A model generated the notes under the pieces. That model was not told where the DNA came from. It searched no databases and was given only the letters and a program-made list of their open reading frames with translations. Source: Escherichia phage vB_Eco_mar003J3. From it: DNA of 64,000 nt. Every line of letters starts with the position of its first letter. The first letter of the stretch is position 1. The DNA lies in the sequence record NC_048203.1, one strand, 5' to 3'. Position numbers and translations under genes: made by a program. Of this stretch, positions 36,308 through 45,990 are shown one piece after another.

Positions 36308-36357
36308 TTCGTAACCCTTTGCTACCCGTTTACCATGTCGGAATTATAAAGTGGTTA

Positions 36358-36386
36358 TTGACATTTTCGCCGCTTAGGTATATACT
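36358..36386 (+). promoter_or_regulatory. sigma70 promoter (TTGACA, 17 bp, TATACT) between ligase halves
   Basis: Plus-strand reading. Confidence 0.55.
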
Positions 36387-36450
36387 ATTATCATTCAGTT
36401 GAGGGATAGAAAGTTATGGCGAGGGTAAGCAAAGTTAGTTAAAATTGTAG

Positions 36451-36479
36451 TTGCTAAATGCTTAAATACTTGTTATAAT
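36451..36479 (+). promoter_or_regulatory. T5-type promoter (TTGCTA, 17 bp, TATAAT) between ligase halves
   Basis: Plus-strand reading. Confidence 0.55.
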
Positions 36480-36506
36480 ATTTATATAAATTGATAAGGA
36501 AGAAAT

Positions 36507-37289
36507 TTGATGAAAATCGAAATTCCAACACAATGTCCCTCTTGTGGTTCTAAGCTAGATCTTGTCAACGGGCAATTATTCTGTAGGAATAAGTCCAACT
36601 GTCCAGCACAATCAAGTAAGTTAATCGAGAACTTCTGCACAAAAATGAAGTTAAAGGGCTTTGGCCCGAAAACTATTGAGAAGCTGGAACTGACCAAGAT
36701 CTCAGAACTGTTTTACCTGACCGAAGAAGATTTGGTCGGAGCTGTGGGTAGCAAGGTTGCCGCTAAGTTGATTAGCGAGTTAAATACTAAGGTTCGCGGA
36801 GACATTGACTTTGGTTCGGTTCTCGGTTCTTTAGGAATTCCTCTTATTGGAGAGGTTGCAGCAAAGAAACTGTCCCAAAATTGCACTAGCTTCCACGATG
36901 TGAAGGCTGACGGCAAGGCTGGAGAAAATTACAAAACCTGGCTAAATTCCCCACAAGGCAAGGATGTTATTGAATTACCCTGGAAATTCTCAACTGGTAT
37001 TCGAGGTACTAAAGCTGATATCATCATTACGGATGATTTAGTTGCCCAGCCAAATGGAATCACGATCTGTATTACCGGATCTTTGCAAGATTTTGCAAAT
37101 CGAACGGATGCAACAAACTATTTAGAAAGTCTAGGATATACGGTTAAGAAATCCGTTACCAAAGACGTCAAATACCTAATCTGTGAGGATGAATCAAAAC
37201 GTTCTTCCTCATCTTATAAGAAAGCCGAAACGAATGGGATAGAAATCCTGTCGATTAAAGAACTATTGGAGAAAAATAATAATGTCTAA
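36507..37289 (+). CDS. NAD+-dependent DNA ligase, C-terminal subunit (Zn-finger, HhH, BRCT-like)
   Basis: 260 aa; CPSCGSKL...C..KSNCP zinc finger, then HhH-like and BRCT-like regions. Confidence 0.7.
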   Translation: MMKIEIPTQCPSCGSKLDLVNGQLFCRNKSNCPAQSSKLIENFCTKMKLKGFGPKTIEKLELTKISELFYLTEEDLVGAVGSKVAAKLISELNTKVRGDIDFGSVLGSLGIPLIGEVAAKKLSQNCTSFHDVKADGKAGENYKTWLNSPQGKDVIELPWKFSTGIRGTKADIIITDDLVAQPNGITICITGSLQDFANRTDATNYLESLGYTVKKSVTKDVKYLICEDESKRSSSSYKKAETNGIEILSIKELLEKNNNV

Positions 37290-38049
37290 ACTGAACTGGA
37301 ACGTAGAAGGTGTAACCGAGTCTCTGAAAGCAAAAGCCACTGCTCTGGGTGTTGCTGTAATCTCTCAAGAACAAGTAGCTGCTATCGCTGCTGAACTGGC
37401 TACCGAGACTGGTAAAGACGTTACCGCTCGCTCTGTTGGCTCTAAGCTGCGTAAAGAAGGTTTCGAAGTACAGAAAGCTAACGAAGTACAGAAATCCCCG
37501 TGGACTCCTGAGCAGGAAGCTGAACTAGTTGATTTCCTGAACGCTCATGCTGGTCAGTATACTTACGCTGAAATCGCTGCTGCTGTAGCTGGTGGTCAGT
37601 TCGGTACTAAGCAGGTACAGGGTAAGATCCTGAGTCTGGAAATGACTGCTTCTGTTAAGCCAACTGAAAAAGCTGCTGCTGTTCGTTCCTTCACTCCTGA
37701 CGAAGAAACTGATTTCGTTAATCAGGTTGTTGCTGGTGCTACTATTGAAGCTATCGCTGCTCACTTCGGTCGTAATATTAAGCAGATCCGTGGTAAAGCT
37801 CTGAGCCTGCTTCGTGAAGGTCGTATCGCTGCTATGCCGGTACAGGAAACATCAAGTGCTAAGACTCGTGAAGATCTGTTAGAAGGTCTGGATCTGGCTT
37901 CCATGACTGTTGCAGAAGTTGCTGAGAAAACTGGTAAGTCTGAGCGCGGTGTTAAATCTATGCTGTCTCGTCGTGGTCTGGTTGCTAAGGACTATGATGG
38001 TGCTGCTAAGCGTGCTAAACTGGATGCAAAAGCTGCGGCTGCTGAATAA
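37282..38049 (+). CDS. hypothetical protein with four internal HTH-like repeats
   Basis: 255 aa; roughly 50-aa unit repeated four times; Ala-rich. Confidence 0.45.
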   Translation: MSKLNWNVEGVTESLKAKATALGVAVISQEQVAAIAAELATETGKDVTARSVGSKLRKEGFEVQKANEVQKSPWTPEQEAELVDFLNAHAGQYTYAEIAAAVAGGQFGTKQVQGKILSLEMTASVKPTEKAAAVRSFTPDEETDFVNQVVAGATIEAIAAHFGRNIKQIRGKALSLLREGRIAAMPVQETSSAKTREDLLEGLDLASMTVAEVAEKTGKSERGVKSMLSRRGLVAKDYDGAAKRAKLDAKAAAAE

Positions 38050-38066
38050 TCTGGTAAATTAAACCT

Positions 38067-38100
38067 AAGGGGAGGGGGCTATGCTCCTTCCCCTTTTTGC
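38067..38100 (+). terminator. rho-independent terminator
   Basis: AAGGGGAGG...CCTTCCCCTT then TTTGCATTT. Confidence 0.6.
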
Positions 38101-38131
38101 ATTTAGAAGGCACGAAAGCGTGCAAAGGAGA

Positions 38132-39604
38132 ATGACCTTGTTTAACGTGCAAGCTGTAGTGTTGAAGATGCTTCTCGCTTCTGAACAGAAGCAAATAGCA
38201 TTGGAAACATTCTCAAAACTGCATAAAGATCATTTTAATGACGCTTTCTCCTCAATTTACCAAGCCGTCCAGAATTATTATAAGAAATATAACGCAATGC
38301 CGTCCATTGACGCACTGATGCTTGAGGCCAATAGGAACGCCCGCCTTTCTCAAGCTCTTGTCGTCTTAGCTAACACTCAAATTCCAGAAGTGAGCATGGA
38401 ACAGGCACTTGAAGTCCTAGAAGCTGAATATACACAGGATCTATTCCTGAAACTTCTAGAAACAGACGTGCTTCAAGATTTAACAATGCTGGATCAGGGA
38501 GAAATTCTCAATCGAGTTGCCTCCCTTCACTTAAAATTAGAAGAGAAAGTAACGAATACTGGAAAGGTATTCAACGCAGACACAATGCGTATTTTCCAGA
38601 GAGAAGAAGATACCAAACTGAACTTGATCGCTCTTGGTATTTGTAATGAGTTCGACGCTCAAATTGGTTTAGCTCGCACAGAAACGTTACTGCTTGGTGG
38701 TTGGCGTGGTACTGGTAAATCCATTATCTGTTCAAACATACAGGTTCAGCAATATTTGAATGGGGATATTGCTCCATACTTCTCAATTGAGATGAAAGAA
38801 CATGAAGTATTTAGACGTAATCTAGCCATGTTAGCTGGCGTATCAGCACTAGCAATGCGTAATAATACTCTAGAAGGTGCAGCTCTGTTGAGATTAGCCA
38901 GAACTAGAGCTAGGATGTTTAACGGCGGTGAAGAGCTTTTCGATAACTTCGTTAAACAGTACACAATGGCTAAGATGAGTGATTTCTACGATATGGAAAG
39001 TAAGCTAATAGAAGGGTATGAGCTACATACTCCTATGATTATTGTTTATGACCCTGAACTGTCCATTACAACAGTTGACGTAGAATTAAATAAATTAGTT
39101 GCTAGATATGGTGATAAAGTTACAGTAGCTTTACTGGACTATATTAACCAAACCCGACTTCCAGACTCTAAAACCATTGATATGTATGACTGGAAAGAAC
39201 AGATGGTTGTTAGCTCGTCTTTCAAATCTATCTGCCAGAAACATAACGTGGCTGGTGTAGCCCCTTACCAGATCGATCAAGATGGTAGAACACGTATGTC
39301 AAAGGGGATTCTTGATTCCGCAGACATGGCTGCTAATCTTAATGCTGCAAAAGCTGATAATGGTCAAGGTGCTATTATGTTTGACTTCGTTAAGACCCGT
39401 TCTTCTGATAGCGTGAAGTTTATGCCTAAAATGAACTGGGAAACCCTACGGATGGATAACACTACCAACCTAGCAATGGAAGATATATCTCAAATGGAAG
39501 CTGAGTTCGTTATCCCTATTGAGAAGGATAAGCCGGCTCAATCTAAACGTGCTAAGAAAGACAAAGCTGAAAATTCAACAGGTGAACAGGCCAGCGATAT
39601 ATGA
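38132..39604 (+). CDS. DnaB-like replicative helicase
   Basis: Start moved to MTLFNVQ (SD AAGGAG); Walker A GGWRGTGKS; RecA-like C-terminal domain. Confidence 0.65.
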   Translation: MTLFNVQAVVLKMLLASEQKQIALETFSKLHKDHFNDAFSSIYQAVQNYYKKYNAMPSIDALMLEANRNARLSQALVVLANTQIPEVSMEQALEVLEAEYTQDLFLKLLETDVLQDLTMLDQGEILNRVASLHLKLEEKVTNTGKVFNADTMRIFQREEDTKLNLIALGICNEFDAQIGLARTETLLLGGWRGTGKSIICSNIQVQQYLNGDIAPYFSIEMKEHEVFRRNLAMLAGVSALAMRNNTLEGAALLRLARTRARMFNGGEELFDNFVKQYTMAKMSDFYDMESKLIEGYELHTPMIIVYDPELSITTVDVELNKLVARYGDKVTVALLDYINQTRLPDSKTIDMYDWKEQMVVSSSFKSICQKHNVAGVAPYQIDQDGRTRMSKGILDSADMAANLNAAKADNGQGAIMFDFVKTRSSDSVKFMPKMNWETLRMDNTTNLAMEDISQMEAEFVIPIEKDKPAQSKRAKKDKAENSTGEQASDI

Positions 39605-40131
39605 TAACACAGGAACGACTAAAAGAACTGTTTGACTACTCCCCAGATACTGGGGAGTTTACTAGAAAAGTATCTAGAGGCAATCAGAAAGCTGGTAGTA
39701 TTGCGGGTACTCTAGATAGTGGATACATACGGATAAAGGTAGATAGAAAATTATACTTTGCACACCAACTAGCCTTCCTATATATGGAAGGATATATGCC
39801 AGAGGAAGTAGACCATATTAATCGAATTACTTGGGATAATAGATGGATTAATATTAGGCCATCCACCCGGCAAGAAAATAGCAGAAATAAAACAGCTAGA
39901 AGTAAATCTGGATACTTGGGAGTTTTCTGGTTTAAGCGGGATCACAAATGGCATGTAAGAGTAGTAAATTCTATGGGAGAAAAAGTTCACGGTGGGCTCT
40001 TTAATTACGCAGATCTAAAGCTTGCAGTCACTAAAGCCAATGAACTACGTCTACAATTACATGGAGAAAATGCTGTTCAAGAGATCTTTGATCCAACTAA
40101 GTATCCTTCACTGGAGGAGTTAAATTCATGA
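39601..40131 (+). CDS. HNH homing endonuclease
   Basis: 176 aa; EEVDHINRITWDNRWINIR; paralog of 16436-16948. Confidence 0.75.
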   Translation: MITQERLKELFDYSPDTGEFTRKVSRGNQKAGSIAGTLDSGYIRIKVDRKLYFAHQLAFLYMEGYMPEEVDHINRITWDNRWINIRPSTRQENSRNKTARSKSGYLGVFWFKRDHKWHVRVVNSMGEKVHGGLFNYADLKLAVTKANELRLQLHGENAVQEIFDPTKYPSLEELNS

Positions 40132-41018
40132 GTCGAATAACAGAATTACTTGATCTTAAGGGAATTGAGTATAAAGATACTGGTGGAGATATTTTAATCT
40201 GTTGCTTAAATCCAGATCATGACGATAAACACCCAAGTTTGCGTATTGACCCTGAAACAGGTATTATGCACTGCTTGAGTTGTGGCTTCGGTAAAGGTAT
40301 ACCGAGCATTTACCATTATTTTAATGAGACTCAGTACCGACAGTCCCCAAGGCTATCGCAAGTACGTAAAAAGATTTCAGAGATTAGGAATGGATCAACG
40401 AATCTTGCAATTCCTGAATCTGCTTACCTTTTCGAAGGTGATTTCCGAGGTATAAGTTCTAAGACCTTGAAGAAATATTTTGCTTTCCAACACCAAGCAG
40501 ACTGGGAAGGCAGAATTGTATTCCCAATCACAGATGCTGTTGGACGCAATATCCTATTTTTGGGTCGTTCTATAAACAGTTCTGCCCCTCCTAAATACTT
40601 AGTAAAACCAAAACAAGTTTCACCGCCAATTTTTCCTGTACGATATAATACTCCAGTTCTTATTCTAGTTGAAGGCATCTTTGATATGCTGAACCTAGAG
40701 GATAATGGTATAGACTATGCTTCTTGCTGCTTTGGTACACATCAGTTTACTTCGGATAACATTGCAGATAAGTTCAGTCCTTATATTATTGCCGGTGTAA
40801 AAGTTGTTGTTATCTTACTAGATAATGATGCTTCTGGTAATAAAGCTGCCCAGGCTCTAGCAAAATTAATTCGTACAAAAACGCGTTTAACACCTGTAGT
40901 TGCTAACTTTCTTCTTCCTGAAGGTAAAGACCCTGGTGACTTAAATAAAGAAGAGATTGATATGTTAGCAAAACGTATTGAAATTTTAGTTGCTGAATCA
41001 CTTAAAGATTTGGTATAA
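40128..41018 (+). CDS. DNA primase (zinc finger + Toprim)
   Basis: 296 aa; CCLNPDHDDKHPSLRI...CLSCGF zinc finger; acidic Toprim-like LVEG and LLDNDASG. Confidence 0.65.
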   Translation: MSRITELLDLKGIEYKDTGGDILICCLNPDHDDKHPSLRIDPETGIMHCLSCGFGKGIPSIYHYFNETQYRQSPRLSQVRKKISEIRNGSTNLAIPESAYLFEGDFRGISSKTLKKYFAFQHQADWEGRIVFPITDAVGRNILFLGRSINSSAPPKYLVKPKQVSPPIFPVRYNTPVLILVEGIFDMLNLEDNGIDYASCCFGTHQFTSDNIADKFSPYIIAGVKVVVILLDNDASGNKAAQALAKLIRTKTRLTPVVANFLLPEGKDPGDLNKEEIDMLAKRIEILVAESLKDLV

Positions 41019-41080
41019 TATATTGGTAAGTTAGAGAAGAAACACTGAAGTTATACTTACTTACCAAGAGGAGATTAAAT

Positions 41081-43648
41081 TTGAAAATCGCAGTAGTTGA
41101 TAAAGCTCTAAATAACACTCGTTATGATAAACATTTCCAGCTATACGGCGAGGAAGTTGATGTATTCCATATGTGTAACGAGAAGTTGTCCGGTCGTTTG
41201 CTCAAAAAGCATATTACTATCGGGACTCCAGATAACCCGTTCGATCCGAACGATTACGATTTTGTTGTACTAGTTGGTGCTGAACCTTTCCTGTATTTCG
41301 CAGGTAAGAAAGGTATCGGTGATTATACTGGTAAACGTGTAGAGCATGGAGGCTATGCCAACTGGATTGCAAGTATTAGTCCAGCTCAGCTACACTTTAA
41401 ACCTGAAATGAAACCAGTTTTCGATGCAACTGTTGAAAGTATTCATGACATTATTAATGGTCGTGAGAAGATTGCAAAAGCTGGTGATTATCGTCCTATT
41501 ACTGATCCAGATGAAGCTGAAGAATACATCAAGATGGTGTATAATATGGTTATCGGACCTATCGCATTCGACTCCGAAACCTCAGCTCTGTATGCTCGTG
41601 ATGGTTATCTTCTTGGTGTTTCTATGTCTCACCAAGAGTATCAGGGTGTCTATATTGACTCTGACAGCATTACCGAAGTAGCTGTACATTATCTCCAGAA
41701 AATTCTGGATAGCAAGAATCATCAGATCGTTTTTCATAACTTGAAGTTCGATATGCACTTTTACTCCTATCATCTAGGACTTTCCTTCGAGAAAGCACAT
41801 AAAGAGCGTAGACTTCATGATACCATGTTGCAACACTATGTTCTTGATGAACGTCGTGGTACTCACGGCTTGAAATCTCTGGCTATGAAGTATACTGACA
41901 TGGGCGATTATGACTTTGAACTGGATAAGTTCAAGGATGATTATTGCAAGGCACATAAGATCAAAAAAGAGGATTTCAGCTATGATCTGATTCCATTTGA
42001 TATTATGTGGCCTTATGCTGCAAAAGATACCGATGCTACTCTGCGTCTGCATAATTTCTTCTTACCGAAAATTGAGAAGAATGAAAAGCTTTGCAGTCTA
42101 TACTATGACGTTCTGATGCCTGGTTGTGTATTCTTGCAACGTGTGGAAGATCGTGGTGTACCGATTTCTGTTGATCGCTTGAAAGAAGCTCAGTATCAGC
42201 TAACTCACAATCTGAACAAGGCTCGTGAGAAACTGTATACTTATCCAGAAGTCGTTCAGCTAGAAAAAGACCAGAACGAAGCATTTAACCCTAACTCTGT
42301 TAAGCAACTCCGTGTTCTTCTGTTTGATTATGTTGGTTTGACTCCAACTGGTAAACTGACGGATACAGGTGCAGATTCTACAAATGCAGAAGCTCTGAAT
42401 GAACTGGCTACTCAGCACCCGATTGCTAAAACTCTGCTAGAGATTCGTAAGCTGACTAAGCTGATCTCTACTTATGTTGAGAAGATTCTTCTGAGCATCG
42501 ATGCAGATGGTTGCATTCGTACCGGTTTCCACGAACACATGACTACTTCTGGTCGTCTGAGTTCTTCTGGTAAGCTAAACCTGCAACAGTTACCACGTGA
42601 TGAATCTATTATCAAGGGTTGTGTAGTAGCTCCCCCTGGATATCGTGTAATCGCATGGGACTTAACAACTGCGGAAGTTTATTACGCTGCTGTACTGTCT
42701 GGTGACAGAAACATGCAACAAGTATTTATCAACATGAAGAATGAGCCGGATAAATACCCTGACTTCCACTCAAACATCGCACACATGGTATTTAAACTGA
42801 CCTGTGAACCACGTGATGTTAAAAAGCTGTTCCCAGCTCTGCGTCAGGCTGCTAAGGCAATTACCTTCGGTATTCTGTATGGTTCTGGCCCAGCGAAAGT
42901 AGCTCATTCTGTTAACGAAGCTCTTCTGGAACAGGCTGCTAAGACAGGCGAACCGTTTGTTGAATGTACCGTTGCAGATGCTAAGGACTATATCGAAACT
43001 TACTTCGGTCAGTTCCCTCAGCTTAAGCGTTGGATTGATAAGTGCCACGATCAGATCAAGAACTTTGGATTCATCTATAGTCACTTTGGTCGTAAGCGTC
43101 GTCTGCACAACATCCATTCCGAAGATCGTGGTGTTCAGGGTGAAGAAATCCGTTCTGGATTTAACGCAATCATTCAGTCTGCATCTTCTGATAGCCTGTT
43201 GTTAGGTGCTATTGATGCTGATGAAGAAATCCTGTCACTGGGTCTAGGAAAAGAGATGAAGATCGTCATGTTGGTTCACGACTCCGTGGTTGCCATTGTA
43301 CGTGAAGATCTGATCGATCAGTATAACGAGATTCTGATTCGTAACATCCAGAAGGATCGTGGTATTAGTATCCCTGGCTGCCCAATCGGTATTGATTCTG
43401 ATTCTGAGAAAGGTGGTTCTCGCGACTACTCTTGTGGTAAGATGAAGAAACAGCACCCATCAATCGCTTGTATTGATGATGATGAATATACTCGTTATGT
43501 TAAGGGTGTATTACTCGATGCAGATTTCGAGTATAAGAAGTTAGCTGCAATGGATAAAGAGCATCCAGACCACAGCAAGTACAAGGATGATAAGTTTATT
43601 GCTGTATGTAAAGATCTGGATAATGTGAAAAGGATTTTAGGTGCTTGA
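41081..43648 (+). CDS. DNA polymerase, family A
   Basis: 855 aa, TTG start; 3'-5' exo DxE FDSET; RQAAKAITFGILYG motif; VHDS motif C region. Confidence 0.9.
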   Translation: MKIAVVDKALNNTRYDKHFQLYGEEVDVFHMCNEKLSGRLLKKHITIGTPDNPFDPNDYDFVVLVGAEPFLYFAGKKGIGDYTGKRVEHGGYANWIASISPAQLHFKPEMKPVFDATVESIHDIINGREKIAKAGDYRPITDPDEAEEYIKMVYNMVIGPIAFDSETSALYARDGYLLGVSMSHQEYQGVYIDSDSITEVAVHYLQKILDSKNHQIVFHNLKFDMHFYSYHLGLSFEKAHKERRLHDTMLQHYVLDERRGTHGLKSLAMKYTDMGDYDFELDKFKDDYCKAHKIKKEDFSYDLIPFDIMWPYAAKDTDATLRLHNFFLPKIEKNEKLCSLYYDVLMPGCVFLQRVEDRGVPISVDRLKEAQYQLTHNLNKAREKLYTYPEVVQLEKDQNEAFNPNSVKQLRVLLFDYVGLTPTGKLTDTGADSTNAEALNELATQHPIAKTLLEIRKLTKLISTYVEKILLSIDADGCIRTGFHEHMTTSGRLSSSGKLNLQQLPRDESIIKGCVVAPPGYRVIAWDLTTAEVYYAAVLSGDRNMQQVFINMKNEPDKYPDFHSNIAHMVFKLTCEPRDVKKLFPALRQAAKAITFGILYGSGPAKVAHSVNEALLEQAAKTGEPFVECTVADAKDYIETYFGQFPQLKRWIDKCHDQIKNFGFIYSHFGRKRRLHNIHSEDRGVQGEEIRSGFNAIIQSASSDSLLLGAIDADEEILSLGLGKEMKIVMLVHDSVVAIVREDLIDQYNEILIRNIQKDRGISIPGCPIGIDSDSEKGGSRDYSCGKMKKQHPSIACIDDDEYTRYVKGVLLDADFEYKKLAAMDKEHPDHSKYKDDKFIAVCKDLDNVKRILGA

Positions 43649-44138
43649 TTTCAAATTGCCCGTATATGCTTTACGGGCGTTTGTATCAATTGAGCAGGAA
43701 GGTGATTATTCCGTAATTACAACAAGATATAATAAATATGTGCTAGATAACAGGAAGTTGCCTGGCACATTCTCTCAACGTAGGTTAGACCTATTCGAGA
43801 AGCGGAAAGAATTACCTTATAAGCTCTATCCTATTCGTGGTAGAATATCAATGTTGTCCCAATTAGTTGGGTCAAAGCGTAGCCAGTTCATAGATTCTGA
43901 TGGAAATCTTATTAATTGGAAGAAAACTACGTTCTATGATGTTATCACGTCTAAAGTTCTGCATTCTGCAAGAATTTATAATGGAAAGTATCAATGTTAT
44001 GTGGCCAAAGTTCCATATCCATTCGTACTATCCTATGTTCCAGCTTATATAAGCTATATTCTGGTAAATAATAGCCCTGTTATTTACCAAGTCCATCAAG
44101 AGGAGCCTGAAATTCCTAGACTTAGAATAAAATTATGA
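43641..44138 (+). CDS. hypothetical protein (165 aa)
   Basis: ORF only. Confidence 0.5.
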   Translation: MLDFKLPVYALRAFVSIEQEGDYSVITTRYNKYVLDNRKLPGTFSQRRLDLFEKRKELPYKLYPIRGRISMLSQLVGSKRSQFIDSDGNLINWKKTTFYDVITSKVLHSARIYNGKYQCYVAKVPYPFVLSYVPAYISYILVNNSPVIYQVHQEEPEIPRLRIKL

Positions 44139-45487
44139 AGGTTGTTATATCTAATAAAGCCTATTTCAAGCCCGATGATGAACTCTGGGATTATTGTAGT
44201 AAACAAACCACTTACCACATCGAGACAATGACTAGTAAATACCCTATTATGTATAAGAATAGTGGTGTTGTTGCTAAAGAGATTAAGTGGATTCCCATTA
44301 CGCGTCTGGATTTGCTAGATGCTAAGGGAGTAAAATACGAATTAGTTGATAAACGCACGTTAGCTCCGGTAAAAATACCAGAACCTCAGTTCAAGCTGCG
44401 TGAAGAAGATCAACTCCCTATATATGAAGAGTGTGATGATACTTGTATTATCAATGGTAAGCCCGGATTTGGTAAAACTATCCTAGCTTTAGCTCTTGCA
44501 TATAAGTTTGGCCAGAAAACTCTGGTAATCTGCACCAACACATCCATACGGGAAATGTGGGCTGCAGAAGTTCGTAAATGGTTTGGATTCGAGCCTGGTA
44601 TTATAGGTTCTGGAAAGTATAATATTGATCCACCAATCGTGGTCAGTAATATACAAACCGTGAATAAACATGCGAATAATCTTTCTAAGGTGTTCGGTAC
44701 TGTTATAGTTGATGAAGTTCACCACTGTGTGGCTACAACTTTCACTAATTTCTTAGAGATCTCGTGTGCTCGCTACAAGATTGGTTTATCGGGTACGTTA
44801 AAACGTAAAGATGGCCTACAAGTTATGTTCAAAGATTTCTTTGGATATAAGATCTTTAGTCCGCCTGTCAATAACACTGTTCCACCCACAATCCATAGGT
44901 ACTCCGTGCCTGTTGAGTTATCAGGAAACCAGAACGTACCGTGGGCATTACGTGCTAACGATGTGTATAACCATCCTGAATATCGAGAGACTATTATAAA
45001 TCTAGCTCATTTATATGTGTCTATGGGGCATAAGGTTCTCTTTGTAAGTGATAGAACAGAACTAATTCAAACAATACTAGAAGCTCTCGCACAACGTGGT
45101 GTTACAACCTATGAGATTATAGGTGCAACTCCTTTGGATGATCGATTGAGAATCCAGAAAGATGTAGCGGAGGGCGGACCTTGTGTACTTGCAGCAGCTC
45201 AGAGTATCTTCTCAGAAGGTATTTCTCTTAACGAGCTATCTTGTTTAATAATGGGAAGTCTCATTAATAATGAATCTCTCATAGAACAGCTAGCAGGTCG
45301 CGTTCAACGTATTGTTGACGGAAAACTAGATCCGATTGTTGTAGATTTAATTATGAAAGGAGGTACTGGTTTAAGACAGGCTTCTGGACGTATGGCCGTA
45401 TATCGCAATAACGCATGGAAAACTATTACTATGACTCCGGAGAAAGCAGTACAATTAGCTAAAATTGCATTTGGCAACTGCTCATAA
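44135..45487 (+). CDS. SF2 DNA helicase
   Basis: 450 aa; Walker A GKPGFGKT, DEVH box VIVDEVHH. Confidence 0.8.
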   Translation: MKVVISNKAYFKPDDELWDYCSKQTTYHIETMTSKYPIMYKNSGVVAKEIKWIPITRLDLLDAKGVKYELVDKRTLAPVKIPEPQFKLREEDQLPIYEECDDTCIINGKPGFGKTILALALAYKFGQKTLVICTNTSIREMWAAEVRKWFGFEPGIIGSGKYNIDPPIVVSNIQTVNKHANNLSKVFGTVIVDEVHHCVATTFTNFLEISCARYKIGLSGTLKRKDGLQVMFKDFFGYKIFSPPVNNTVPPTIHRYSVPVELSGNQNVPWALRANDVYNHPEYRETIINLAHLYVSMGHKVLFVSDRTELIQTILEALAQRGVTTYEIIGATPLDDRLRIQKDVAEGGPCVLAAAQSIFSEGISLNELSCLIMGSLINNESLIEQLAGRVQRIVDGKLDPIVVDLIMKGGTGLRQASGRMAVYRNNAWKTITMTPEKAVQLAKIAFGNCS

Positions 45488-45499
45488 TTATTGTATAAT
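45471..45499 (+). promoter_or_regulatory. sigma70 promoter (TTGGCA, 17 bp, TATAAT)
   Basis: Overlaps helicase stop. Confidence 0.5.
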
Positions 45500-45570
45500 A
45501 TACACATAAATTTGAGAGAGAAAGTTTCGGATTGATAAGAAAGTCCGAAGCAGAAAAATAAAAATTGTAC

Positions 45571-45600
45571 TTGTCAAATCCTCCCGATTTAATGTATAAT
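45571..45600 (+). promoter_or_regulatory. sigma70 promoter (TTGTCA, 18 bp, TATAAT)
   Basis: Plus-strand reading. Confidence 0.5.
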
Positions 45601-45627
45601 ATATACATAAATTGATGAGAGACAAAA

Positions 45628-45990
45628 ATGAAATTCTTTGATTACGAGAGAATTTACCTCTTAGCTAGAGGAAACTCCGACCTGATTGTCAAGCTATTTA
45701 ATAGAATGCTTGCAGAGCCTGATGCTCACCAACTACTGGTCGGTTCTTCATTCATCTTGAATGAATCAACTATTGTTGATAACCCTTACAAATTGTCTAA
45801 TAGACAACTGGCAGAATATCTAGGAATTCTAAGTCTACGAAATTATGCCGAATATAAGTTTACAAACGATCCGAGTTTGGACATGCAATATGTTCCCGTA
45901 TGGATACCACGTTCTGTAATCGATACTAACCCACTAATTGCAATCAATAAATCGAAGATAATCTTTAAAGAGGAAATAAAATATGGCTAA
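45628..45990 (+). CDS. hypothetical protein (120 aa)
   Basis: SD GAGAGA upstream. Confidence 0.5.
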   Translation: MKFFDYERIYLLARGNSDLIVKLFNRMLAEPDAHQLLVGSSFILNESTIVDNPYKLSNRQLAEYLGILSLRNYAEYKFTNDPSLDMQYVPVWIPRSVIDTNPLIAINKSKIIFKEEIKYG

